Assembly: GCA_046542505.1 (NCBI GenBank) | Contig: JBKHBH010000021.1 | Location: forward strand, 1-28,984 | Length of the DNA: 28,984 nt | Direction of reading: 5' to 3' | DNA from: Thermovirgaceae bacterium | GTDB taxonomy: Bacteria; Synergistota; Synergistia; Synergistales; Thermovirgaceae | In this document: one piece after another, positions 8,221 through 16,854 of the stretch | Numbering within the stretch: position 1 is the stretch's first letter | Layout: each line of letters starts with the position of its first letter | Program-made: the position numbers and the translations under genes | The notes under the pieces: generated by a model | Databases searched by the model: none | What the model saw: only the letters and a program-made list of their open reading frames with translations | Told to the model about the DNA's origin: nothing

Positions 8221-9585
8221 TTACAGTACCCCCAGTATCTCCACTGCCTTGGGCATCTGTTCCGACGATGCGAAGAGAACAATCTGGTCATAGGACTGGA
8301 TCACCGTGTCGCCCCAGGGCACAAAGACCTGTTCATCCCTGCATACAAGGGCGAGAAGAATACCCTTGGGAAGACCCAGATCCATGACCCGCTTGCCGAC
8401 GATCTCGCTTTCTTCCTGCACCGTGACCTCGAGCATTTCGGCGTCGATTTTTTCTATGATGGACAGAGCTCCGGAACTGAAGGGATACCGGACCTGCCGC
8501 ATTATCACCGAGGCCAGTGCCTGGTTCGGGTTGACGAGGGCATCCACGGATATGTAGTCGTCCAGTTTCATCAGCAGGTTTCTTCTGACCACGGCGATAC
8601 TCTTTCGCGCACCGAGAGCCTTCCCGATCACCCCGATCAACAGGTTTCGCTCGTCACTTGCTGTTGTGGTAACAAATCCGTCGGCATCCTTAACACCCTC
8701 GTAATGGAGGAGTTCCTCATCGGCCCCGTCACCGGCCAGGATGATGGTTCTTTCCAACTCCCTGGCCAGTCTGTCGCATTTTTCCCGGTCCTGGTCAATG
8801 AGCCTGACATCCAGGTTCCGGTACCGCATTTCAAGCCTTCTGGCGACCTGGAATCCTATCTTCCCGCCACCGACGATGATTACCCGCTTGAGGCCCTTGC
8901 TGCGTTCCCGGCGGAAAAGTTCTTCAAGCTGATGGACCTGTCCCCTGAGTACGATGATGAAGCAAAGGTCACCCACCTTGAGCTCCGTTTCCCCGAAGGG
9001 GACGAACCCGCTGCCGTTTCTTTCGACGAAGGCGATCAGGGCTGTCAGTTTCGGATACCGATGGCGCAGGCGGCGCAATGTATCCCCCACCATTGGAGAC
9101 CCCTCTGAAACACGGAAGGCATAAAGCCCCGCGCGGCCTCCGAAAAATTCGGCAGTGTGGACGGCGGAACTCACTGAGAGCAATTCCTCTATCTCCCGGG
9201 CCACGGAACGTTCGGGAGAAATCATGACGTCGATCCCGAGCTCCTTCGCCCAGGTCGGGCTATCCGTATATTCAAGACCCCTCGCCCTGGAAATGACCCT
9301 TTTGACGCCGGCCCGCTTGGCGATCCAGCAGGCCAAAATATTGACTTCGTCATGATTCGTGCAGGCTATCAGGATATCCACATTACATCCAGGCACGATT
9401 CCGGCTTCTTCAAGAACAGGAGGCCGGGCACCATTCCCGCGGACAAGCATCACGTCGAGGTCGCTTTCGACCTTCTCGGCCCGCAGGTCATCATTTTCTA
9501 CGACGACCACATCATGCCCCTGGTCGGACAGATTTTCGGCGACGCTGAAACCGACTTCTCCCGCCCCTACAACGACAACGCGCAA
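8221..9585 (-). CDS. trkA: Trk potassium uptake NAD-binding protein TrkA
   Basis: Two RCK domains with 'GAGEVG' and 'GGGKIG'. 454 aa. Adjacent to trkH. TTG start. Confidence 0.96.
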   Translation of the reverse strand: MRVVVVGAGEVGFSVAENLSDQGHDVVVVENDDLRAEKVESDLDVMLVRGNGARPPVLEEAGIVPGCNVDILIACTNHDEVNILACWIAKRAGVKRVISRARGLEYTDSPTWAKELGIDVMISPERSVAREIEELLSVSSAVHTAEFFGGRAGLYAFRVSEGSPMVGDTLRRLRHRYPKLTALIAFVERNGSGFVPFGETELKVGDLCFIIVLRGQVHQLEELFRRERSKGLKRVIIVGGGKIGFQVARRLEMRYRNLDVRLIDQDREKCDRLARELERTIILAGDGADEELLHYEGVKDADGFVTTTASDERNLLIGVIGKALGARKSIAVVRRNLLMKLDDYISVDALVNPNQALASVIMRQVRYPFSSGALSIIEKIDAEMLEVTVQEESEIVGKRVMDLGLPKGILLALVCRDEQVFVPWGDTVIQSYDQIVLFASSEQMPKAVEILGVL

Positions 9586-9676
9586 GAAGCATCAACCCCT
9601 TTACGAGAAGACCAGCATACACGTTCTGTATCCTCCGGGAAAGATGTTACACTTGTCCGGAACAGGGGGTGGCAGT

Positions 9677-10666
9677 ATGCCGCGACGCGGAAAGATCGCC
9701 TTTGTGGGAACAGGCGGTACGATCAGTATGACCTACAACGAACGCCAGGAAGGGTTCGTCCCGACCAAGCCCGCCGAAGCGCTGCTTGAGCTCCTTCCCC
9801 AGGATATCGCAGGGGAAATCGAACCCGTCGACTGGAGCCACCAGCCCAGCAGTCACTATACCATACGTATGACCACCGATCTCGTTGATCTTCTCGGGCA
9901 ACTCGTACAGGACGGATGCAAGGGAATCGTCGTTTCAAGCGGTACCGACGCACTCGAGGAAATGTCCTACCTGACGGACCTCCTCTGGCTCTATCCGCAG
10001 CCCGTGGTCTTTACGGGTGCACTCAAACCGGCATCCCAGCCGAGCTCTGACGCTGCTGTCAATCTCCGGCAGGCCATAGCTGCCGCATCATCGGAAGCAC
10101 TCTGGGGAATGGGCGTCGTCGCCTGCTTCCAGGACCAGCTTTTCGCCGCATCCGAAATCACGAAAGAGGTAAGTCACAGGCGTGACGCCTTCGCATCCCC
10201 GGGGAAAGGCCCCATCGGCGAGTTCGTGGAGGGGAAAATAAGAGTCAACAGGAAACCCAAAAGACCACCTTCGGTAGACCGTGGCATCACGCCTTCAAAG
10301 GACGTGGAAATCCTCTGGGCTTCACTTGGAGGAGGAGTTCGCACCCTGACATGTCTCTCGTCGGGACCCGGGCTCGAAGGTCTTGTTCTCGCAGGTTTCG
10401 GCGGCGGAAATGTCCCCCCCTCGTGGATACAGTATATAAAAGCCCTCCTAAAAGCAGGGACACAGATTGTGGTCACCTCGAAATGTCCAAGGGGATACAC
10501 CATCACTGAGTTCGGTTTTGAGGGAAGCGCGCGGAAGCTTTTCGAGCTGGGCGTTCTCGACGGAGGTATGCTTCGTCCCGAACAGGCTCGCCTCAGGCTC
10601 GCCGTAGGACTCGGGGCGGGATACAAGGGGAACAGGCTCCAGGAATACCTGCTTGGCGGAGAATAA
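9677..10666 (+). CDS. L-asparaginase/glutaminase family protein (cytoplasmic type)
   Basis: 'GTGGTIS', 'SGTDALEE', 'PVVFTGA', 'TK...DAFASP', 'GFGGGNVP'. Start ATG 9677 after GGGGGTGG. Confidence 0.92.
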   Translation: MPRRGKIAFVGTGGTISMTYNERQEGFVPTKPAEALLELLPQDIAGEIEPVDWSHQPSSHYTIRMTTDLVDLLGQLVQDGCKGIVVSSGTDALEEMSYLTDLLWLYPQPVVFTGALKPASQPSSDAAVNLRQAIAAASSEALWGMGVVACFQDQLFAASEITKEVSHRRDAFASPGKGPIGEFVEGKIRVNRKPKRPPSVDRGITPSKDVEILWASLGGGVRTLTCLSSGPGLEGLVLAGFGGGNVPPSWIQYIKALLKAGTQIVVTSKCPRGYTITEFGFEGSARKLFELGVLDGGMLRPEQARLRLAVGLGAGYKGNRLQEYLLGGE

Positions 10667-10717
10667 AACCCGGGGGCGCACGCTTTTCATCCGGCCCTTC
10701 ATGTCAACGCCGGGCTT

Positions 10718-11470
10718 TTATATCCCCAGTGCCTCCAGGATCATCCTGCCGGCACTTACTGCAATGACACCGGCAAGAATATAGCGTATCCACCGGTTGC
10801 CTTTTTCCACGGCGAACCACGTGCCAACCCAGGCCCCGGTCATGTTTCCCGCTGCCAGAGCAAAGCCGATACCGAAATTGACCATGCCGTAGGACATGAA
10901 AAGAGCAAGGCTTACAGCGGTGTAGGTCATGACAATCGCCACTTTCAGCGCATTGGCACGCACCAGATCCTTGCCGACGACGCCCACAAGGGCCCAGATC
11001 AGAATAAAGCCGACCCCTGCCTGGATAAACCCGCCGTAAACACCGATAAAAAAGAAAACAGCCATGGTTAGCCACCTGGGCCACCTGTTTTCCCTCTGGG
11101 ATTCCCACATGTCGGGTTTGGTCACCAGCAGGACCGCCATGGCGGTTATGATGATGGCAATGAGAACCTTCAGGAATTTTTCGTCGAGCTGCACCGCGAG
11201 GAGAGTCCCGCAGACGGCTCCCGCCGTCGCCGGTGCCGCCAGGATTGCCGCCTCTCTGAAAGAAAGGATGTTTCGTTTTTTGAAACGTCCCGTGGCGACG
11301 ATATTCTGCAAAAGGATGGCGATCCTGTTTGTCGCATTGGCTACCGAGGCATCGAGGCCGAGAAAAATCAGAAAGGGCAGTGCCAAAAGGCTTCCGCCTC
11401 CGGCTATGGTATTGAGAAACCCGGCACAGGTTCCTATGGCAAAGGTGGCAATCAGCAGATACACCGGCAT
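10718..11470 (-). CDS. TSUP (TauE/SafE) family sulfite exporter
   Basis: 'AGFLNTIAGGGSLL', 'ANATNR', 'GVYGGFIQAGVG', 'ANALK'. Confidence 0.92.
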   Translation of the reverse strand: MPVYLLIATFAIGTCAGFLNTIAGGGSLLALPFLIFLGLDASVANATNRIAILLQNIVATGRFKKRNILSFREAAILAAPATAGAVCGTLLAVQLDEKFLKVLIAIIITAMAVLLVTKPDMWESQRENRWPRWLTMAVFFFIGVYGGFIQAGVGFILIWALVGVVGKDLVRANALKVAIVMTYTAVSLALFMSYGMVNFGIGFALAAGNMTGAWVGTWFAVEKGNRWIRYILAGVIAVSAGRMILEALGI

Positions 11471-11585
11471 GAATTTCTCCTCCAGTTCTGCACGGGGGCA
11501 AGGTTAGAGCATTTTACCACAGGATTCCTGTTTGACGTGCTACAATATTATCAGATTGGCCCGAACTCACAGGGAGGGACGGATC

Positions 11586-12008
11586 ATGCGATATGCAACA
11601 AGTGAAGAAATGCTTTTCCTGCGGCTTTCCGACGGTGAGAACCTCCACCGGTCGCTTTCCATGGCCTGCGAGGAGTATTCTATCGATTCAGCCATCGTGC
11701 TCACCGGACTTGGAATGATCCGGGACATCACCTTCGGTTGGTACACAGGAATGGAATATATCCAGGAAAACGTATCCGGGCCCTTCGAACTGGCAGCCCT
11801 TTCCGGAAACATCAGCTACCGCGGCAACTCCCTATATCCGCACCTGCACGCCGTTTTCAACGGGCAAGACCATGCCACCTTGAGCGGTCACATCCTCAAG
11901 GCCTGTTGCGACCACAATCTGGAGATCTCCCTTTTACCGATGAAATCCCTCCGCCTCAGGAGGGAAAACAACGGCTGGTTCGAGGCAATAATCCCTGAAA
12001 AACGCTAG
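11586..12008 (+). CDS. PPC domain / DUF296 protein
   Basis: 'LRLSDGE', 'GLGM', 'FELAALSGNI', 'HLHAVF', 'GHI'. RBS GGGAGGG. Confidence 0.88.
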   Translation: MRYATSEEMLFLRLSDGENLHRSLSMACEEYSIDSAIVLTGLGMIRDITFGWYTGMEYIQENVSGPFELAALSGNISYRGNSLYPHLHAVFNGQDHATLSGHILKACCDHNLEISLLPMKSLRLRRENNGWFEAIIPEKR

Positions 12009-12505
12009 CCGGAAGACTTGTCTTGCCTGATGTCACAAGCGATTCCGTCTGCCAGTCTTTTCAATTCATCCGGTTCGATCGGGAAGAAGGCATGGTCAGT
12101 TCCCGCAGCGGCCCAAACGGTATCGAACTGAAAAAGACTTTCATCAAGAAGCGTCAAGGGCTGGGTATCATACCCTACCGGCGGGACGCCACCCACCTTG
12201 TAGCCGGAAAAACTGAACACCCAGTCAGGTCGGGCCATGGAAATCTTTTTGGCATCCAAAATGAATTTAACCTTGCGCATGTCGACCCTGTTGGGGCCGG
12301 ACATTAACGCCAGAACAGCTTTTTCGTCCGCAAGAAGAATAATGGATTTGAGGATTTCTCCAGTGGGAACTCCAACCGCCCGGGCGGCATCTTCAACGGT
12401 TCGTATGGTTTCATCCGTTTCGCGTATAATCCCGTCGAGTCCGTTTTGGGCAAGAAATTCACGTACTTTCGCTATGGCCCTTTCTTCCTGACTGATCTTC
12501 GTCAT
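12005..12505 (-). CDS. YbaK/EbsC family aminoacyl-tRNA deacylase-like protein
   Basis: 'TVEDAARAVG', 'ILKSI', 'GYKVGGVPPVG', 'VWAAAGT'. Confidence 0.92.
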   Translation of the reverse strand: MTKISQEERAIAKVREFLAQNGLDGIIRETDETIRTVEDAARAVGVPTGEILKSIILLADEKAVLALMSGPNRVDMRKVKFILDAKKISMARPDWVFSFSGYKVGGVPPVGYDTQPLTLLDESLFQFDTVWAAAGTDHAFFPIEPDELKRLADGIACDIRQDKSSG

Positions 12506-12567
12506 ATTCAATCACTCCCGAAACCTGTTCCCCAAGACTTCCGACCACTGCAGAAATTCTGCCTCAG

Positions 12568-14595
12568 TCAATGTATAGATTCGGTTTCACCGTCTTCCAG
12601 GCGCATGTAAACATTTCTGTTCGCCATCACCTGCCTGACGAATTCCCTCGTTTCATCAAAAGGAATCTCCTCGACCCATTCCATCCAGTCCGTTTTTTTA
12701 CCTGTATTTTCAAGCCATGATCGGACCCGGCCCTGACCCGCATTATAGGCGGCTACCGCCTGCTCTGTTCTTTCGAACATGCCTCGCAGCCTTCCGAAAT
12801 GATGGGCACCCAAACGGATGTTCACTTCCGGGCTAAAATAATCCGCTCCCTCATCGAGACCAAGCAAACGCGCGTTCTCCCTCGCCGTCGGCGGCATGAG
12901 CTGCATGAGTCCCATGGCACCCACATAACTCACCGCCAATGGGTTGAACGCGCTTTCACGTCTCATGATGCCCCAGATATCATAAACTGGAACATCGAAA
13001 CGTTCCGAAGCCTTCCGCACTGCTTCATCGAAGGGTCGGGGGAACAATATCTGAACGAGCTCAGGGGGAAGAGTCCCGTCCCTGGGAATGGCACGCAAAA
13101 TCGCTTGACCATGCATATAGGAACCGTGAGGGTCTCCCAGCCACTGGGAGATCTGTGACGCACGGTAAAGAGCCCCCGGGGTTCCCTCCTCTGAAAGGTG
13201 CATCCTTGCATAAACCATGAACCCCCAGGTTTCAAGCTCATGTCTCTCGTGTTCCAAAAGAATGGATTTTTCCTCCGAAAGGGGAAGAGCCCGGTCCCTG
13301 AAAGCCGCGAAGGTGTAAAAATCGAGTGGATGGTTTTCTTCAAGCCGATTTGAGATAAGGTCCGTCTGTTGCCCGGTCTCGTTTAGTGCACGGCGAAGCC
13401 AGAAAAGGAGTTTTGCCTCATCCCTGCCGTCAGGTCCTGCTTGCAAGGCAGCTTCCCAAAGCCTCGCTGCCTTTTCGGGGCTTTCCTGTTTCCAGGCCTT
13501 CCAGCCTCGCTCCCACCGGATAGGTACAGTCAGTGGACTGTTTGGATGAGTTCCCAGAAGCCTGTCTTCCCAATAGGTCTTCCGTTTCCCGTCTTTATCC
13601 CGTCTATTGATTTCGGCCATGGCCGCCATGGAAAGGGCCGATGCGCGGGAGGTGCCGGACTCCGCAATGGCCGCCAAAAGCCCCTTTGCATATTCGCCAT
13701 CCCCTTCGCAGGCCATCTGTTTCATTATGGAAATGGCTCGGGCGACATCAGCTGGCCCGGTATCTTCCATAACGGCCAGGCGGTAGAGCATGTCGGCGGC
13801 TTCTTTTTTTTCACCCAGAGCGGCACGAGCTCTCGCGGTGAGGAGCGTCGCCTGGTCTTTCTCTTTTTTTCCTTCGAAACGTGTATCTTCAAGATATTCC
13901 AGAGCCTTCTCAGGCCGTTTCTCGGACAGTGCGGCCTCCGCCAGGAAAAGAGCGTCTTTCGCTGGATAGGGCGGCCCCGCGTCCTCAAGAAGCGCCAAGG
14001 CGTCCATGTTGCGGGACTCTATGGCCAAAAGCATCCTTGCTTCCTGGATTTCAGCCGCTGAAAGGTCGAAAAGCGCTTCCAGGGCCGTCAGCCGCTGAGC
14101 TTCATCCCGCGCAAGCCGCGCCATTGACCTGAAGGCCTCTACGGCGAGCTCCGTTTTCCCCGTACTCCTGGCAATCCTTCCAATTGCATACTGGACATAG
14201 GGAGCAAGAATCCAGTCTTTATCCTCGCCTAGGGCGATGGCCTCCTGGAGGGCTTCATCTGCTTTACCAGTGCGCTCAAGGCCAAGGACTATCCTCATCC
14301 TCAAATAGGGAAGAATCCCGGCTGGAACAGTGTTCTGCTCCTCGCGGAAAATCTTGAGTCCTTTCTCGTAGTCACCCTGAAACCAGAGCGCATTCGCATA
14401 CAAAACCCTGTCTTTGACGGAAAGGCCCGATCCACCCTTTTCGAAAGCAGCATCCAGCATATCCCACCTTCTCGACGAGAAAAGCTTTTGCATGTTTTCA
14501 GGGATTTTGCCCGGAATCAGTTCTGCGCGAACGGTTCCAGCAAAAAGGAAGAACAGGAGAACACCTGCAATAATACTTGCCATTTGGGTTTTCAT
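12568..14595 (-). CDS. Soluble lytic murein transglycosylase (Slt70-like; signal peptide, TPR-like helical region, SLT domain)
   Basis: SLT motifs 'MRRES', 'AMGLMQLMP', 'AAYNAG', 'ETREFV'. N-terminal signal peptide ending 'VRA'. ATG 14595 overlaps the upstream stop (ATGA). Confidence 0.92.
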   Translation of the reverse strand: MKTQMASIIAGVLLFFLFAGTVRAELIPGKIPENMQKLFSSRRWDMLDAAFEKGGSGLSVKDRVLYANALWFQGDYEKGLKIFREEQNTVPAGILPYLRMRIVLGLERTGKADEALQEAIALGEDKDWILAPYVQYAIGRIARSTGKTELAVEAFRSMARLARDEAQRLTALEALFDLSAAEIQEARMLLAIESRNMDALALLEDAGPPYPAKDALFLAEAALSEKRPEKALEYLEDTRFEGKKEKDQATLLTARARAALGEKKEAADMLYRLAVMEDTGPADVARAISIMKQMACEGDGEYAKGLLAAIAESGTSRASALSMAAMAEINRRDKDGKRKTYWEDRLLGTHPNSPLTVPIRWERGWKAWKQESPEKAARLWEAALQAGPDGRDEAKLLFWLRRALNETGQQTDLISNRLEENHPLDFYTFAAFRDRALPLSEEKSILLEHERHELETWGFMVYARMHLSEEGTPGALYRASQISQWLGDPHGSYMHGQAILRAIPRDGTLPPELVQILFPRPFDEAVRKASERFDVPVYDIWGIMRRESAFNPLAVSYVGAMGLMQLMPPTARENARLLGLDEGADYFSPEVNIRLGAHHFGRLRGMFERTEQAVAAYNAGQGRVRSWLENTGKKTDWMEWVEEIPFDETREFVRQVMANRNVYMRLEDGETESIH

Positions 14596-15080
14596 TTTTG
14601 CGTCGGCCCTCCCGTGGTTTCTCCGCATCTGTCACAAGGCGGTTTTTCGCCCGTTCGGAGGTAATACCTGAAGTGGTCCAGCCATTTCGGGGTCCCCTCG
14701 GAACACTGGTCGAGAAATCGTATAAATCCCACGAGCCTTTCACGGCACAAAGGTGTAATGTAATGCTCTATACTGCAGGCATTGGAGTCCGCCTCTTTTT
14801 CATCCAGACCGAGGATCTTTACGAAGAATGTTTTCAGAAGTCGTTCCCGCTCCACAAGGGATTTGGCAATGCCCCGCCCTTTTTCTGTGAGAGAAATATA
14901 CCCGTAATATTCCTGTTCAACAAGACCGGCATCTTTCAGGGGGGCGATGCTCCCGACCACAGTCGGGGATCGGACGCCGAGCCCCGTCGCCAGGTCCTTT
15001 ACACGGACGACCTTGTTTTCTGTCTCAAGCTTGTATATCGTTTTCAGGTAATCTTCGTTCCGGGCGGTGAGTGCCAACAT
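14592..15080 (-). CDS. DtxR/MntR family metal-dependent transcriptional regulator with Cys-containing C-terminal tail
   Basis: 'EDYLKTIY', HTH 'VKDLA..LGVRSPTV', 'LTEKG', 'ACSIEH'. RBS AGGAGAGG. Confidence 0.9.
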   Translation of the reverse strand: MLALTARNEDYLKTIYKLETENKVVRVKDLATGLGVRSPTVVGSIAPLKDAGLVEQEYYGYISLTEKGRGIAKSLVERERLLKTFFVKILGLDEKEADSNACSIEHYITPLCRERLVGFIRFLDQCSEGTPKWLDHFRYYLRTGEKPPCDRCGETTGGPTQK

Positions 15081-15097
15081 GTTAGCCTCTCCTAGCA

Positions 15098-15147
15098 TTG
15101 TTCGTTATTTGTAGTTTCAGTATGATCCTCACACCGCCCCCCGTCAA
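15098..15147. promoter_or_regulatory. Overlapping divergent promoters for the DtxR-like gene (-) and citG (+)
   Basis: Minus strand: TTGACG (15147-15142)-17-CATACT (15124-15119). Plus strand: TTGTTC (15098-15103)-17-TATGAT (15121-15126). Confidence 0.55.
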
Positions 15148-15159
15148 GGAGGCCTTTTC

Positions 15160-16086
15160 GTGAAACATGAAACCATTCTCGCGGCAACAGCTGCCGCGGC
15201 ATGCCTCGCTGAAGTTCATGCGGCACCGAAACCCGGCCTTGTCGACAGGGCAGGCCCGGGAGCCCACAGGGACATGGATTATTCAACGTTCCTGGCAAGT
15301 TCCATGGCCCTGGCCCCCTATTGGGCTCCTCAGGCCACCGTCGGTCTCGCCGGGATGAAACCCAATGAAGCGCTTGTCTTCCTCAGGAAACAGGGGCTGC
15401 TGATGGACCGGGCCATGCTCACCGCCACCGGAGGGGTCAACACCCACAAGGGGCTTATCTTCGCCCTCTCCCTTCTCCTGTATGGAGCAGGTTTTTTGCT
15501 CTGCTCCAGGCGGCGGCTGACACCGGAAGAGACAGCCAAGTCAGCGGCAGCGGCCGTCAAAGGATGCTGCAGGAAAGAACTCGAAGCCCTCAAGGATGCA
15601 CCACCCCAAAGAAAGCTGACGAGCGGGGAGAAAATTTTTCTTGCCCACGGGCTCAGGGGAATCCGCGGTGAGGCTGAATCGGGGTTTCCGTCGGCTCTGG
15701 CCGCGGGGCTTCCTTCTCTCCGCAAGGCTCTCGCCTCCGAAGCCAGTCTCAACGACAGTGCTTTGTATGCCCTTTTCCACATCATGGACGTCTGCGAGGA
15801 CACGAATATCGTAGCCAGGAAAGGATATCCCTTCTGGATTGGGGAATACAGGAGAATGCTTGCCCCACTCCTCGAGCTCAAACCGCCCTTTTCGAAACAG
15901 GATATGGCCGTCGTCCTCGATGTCGACACCCGGTTCAGCGACGAGGGAATCAGTCCGGGAGGCGCCGCCGATCTTTTGACGTGCACACTGTTTCTTCACT
16001 GGATCGATGGGTACCCGAATCAGTTTGTCAACACCAACCCCGCAGAGTATAATATTTGTAACTTTTCCGAGGAGGTGGAGACATGA
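15160..16086 (+). CDS. citG: Triphosphoribosyl-dephospho-CoA synthase CitG/MdcB family
   Basis: 'EV..APKPGLVD', 'GAHRDMD', 'ATGGVNTHKG', 'GIRGEA', 'DTN', 'ISPGGAADL'. RBS AAGGAGG, GTG start. Confidence 0.93.
   Translation: MKHETILAATAAAACLAEVHAAPKPGLVDRAGPGAHRDMDYSTFLASSMALAPYWAPQATVGLAGMKPNEALVFLRKQGLLMDRAMLTATGGVNTHKGLIFALSLLLYGAGFLLCSRRRLTPEETAKSAAAAVKGCCRKELEALKDAPPQRKLTSGEKIFLAHGLRGIRGEAESGFPSALAAGLPSLRKALASEASLNDSALYALFHIMDVCEDTNIVARKGYPFWIGEYRRMLAPLLELKPPFSKQDMAVVLDVDTRFSDEGISPGGAADLLTCTLFLHWIDGYPNQFVNTNPAEYNICNFSEEVET
16025..16053 (+). promoter_or_regulatory. Promoter of the XRE-ImmA-radical SAM unit, inside the citG 3' end
   Basis: TTGTCA (16025-16030)-17 bp-TATAAT (16048-16053), followed by RBS GAGGAGGTG. 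Confidence 0.75.
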
Positions 16087-16451
16087 GCCTGGGGCTTCGG
16101 ATCAAGACCCTCAGGAAAGCCAAGTCACTGACACAGCAGCAGCTTGCGGACCTCGTTGACGTCAGCAGGATCTACATCCAGGCCCTCGAGAGCAACCGAC
16201 GTCTTCCCTCGATGAAGCTGCTCAGGCGCCTTGCCGGAGCTCTGGATGTCAGGGTCGCCGACATTGTTCAGAACGAGAATGTCGATAGGACAGGCCGTCT
16301 TCAACTCGAAGAAGTGCTGGAAAATGTCGAAGACATCGAAATCTGGTACCGGAGCAAAAAACTCTCGCACAGGGAAATCCAGCTGGTCCAGAAACTCGTG
16401 GACGCCGCCCTGAGCGAGTGGGACAGGGAACAGGGCAATGGAACGGACTGA
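16083..16451 (+). CDS. XRE-family HTH repressor (ImmR-like)
   Basis: 'LGLRIKTLRKAKSLTQQQLA..VDVSRIYIQALE..RRLPS..LLRRLAGALDV'. C-terminal 'IWYRSKKLS..E' resembles ImmR-like phage/ICE repressor tails. Confidence 0.93.
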   Translation: MSLGLRIKTLRKAKSLTQQQLADLVDVSRIYIQALESNRRLPSMKLLRRLAGALDVRVADIVQNENVDRTGRLQLEEVLENVEDIEIWYRSKKLSHREIQLVQKLVDAALSEWDREQGNGTD

Positions 16452-16854
16452 AACAGCAACGGATTTCGACTTCCCGAATCCGCCGGAACACATTCCCCTT
16501 TGGGCGCTGGAAGAGGCAAAACCGTGGGCAGACCTTGATGAATTTGACATCCTCGTCAAAGCGGAAGCGAAAACAGGCCGGACGCTGGAACTTCGGGAAG
16601 CGATTCTTCCTCCGACGCTCTGGGGACTTCATGTGGCCAGGGGACACCGGGCACGCATCTACGTGAACAGATGCCTGCCCGGTATGTGGAAACGGTTCAC
16701 GATTTTCCACGAACTCTATCACCTGCTTCATCACAAGCGGGGGGAAGCCTTTTGGGCCGTAACGGCAACCCCCCTTTCGAGCTTCGAGTTCCAGGCCGAC
16801 ATGTTCGCCTGGGCCGCCATCCGTCCGGATTGGTTCGGTGACCAGGTGCAGTGA
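16438..16854 (+). CDS. ImmA/IrrE family Zn metallo-endopeptidase
   Basis: 'IYVN..L', 'RFTIFHELYH' (HExxH), 'EFQADMFA' (ExxAxxFA). Overlaps the XRE gene. Confidence 0.92.
   Translation: MERTETATDFDFPNPPEHIPLWALEEAKPWADLDEFDILVKAEAKTGRTLELREAILPPTLWGLHVARGHRARIYVNRCLPGMWKRFTIFHELYHLLHHKRGEAFWAVTATPLSSFEFQADMFAWAAIRPDWFGDQVQ

Noticed and set aside
9359..9676. Apparent 106-aa N-terminal extension of asparaginase
   Set aside because: It overlaps trkA on the other strand. The RBS and family N-terminus place the start at 9677.
10665..10720. Terminator between convergent asparaginase and TSUP genes
   Set aside because: Only an imperfect long-range AAAACCCGG/CCGGGCTTTT pairing, with no compact hairpin.
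15105..16066. Shared TATTTGTA octamer in the citG and XRE promoter regions
   Set aside because: A short AT-rich, non-palindromic match that could easily arise by chance.
16083..16854. Prophage or ICE call based on the XRE/ImmA pair
   Set aside because: No integrase, excisionase, structural or conjugation genes, att repeats or composition shift are visible.
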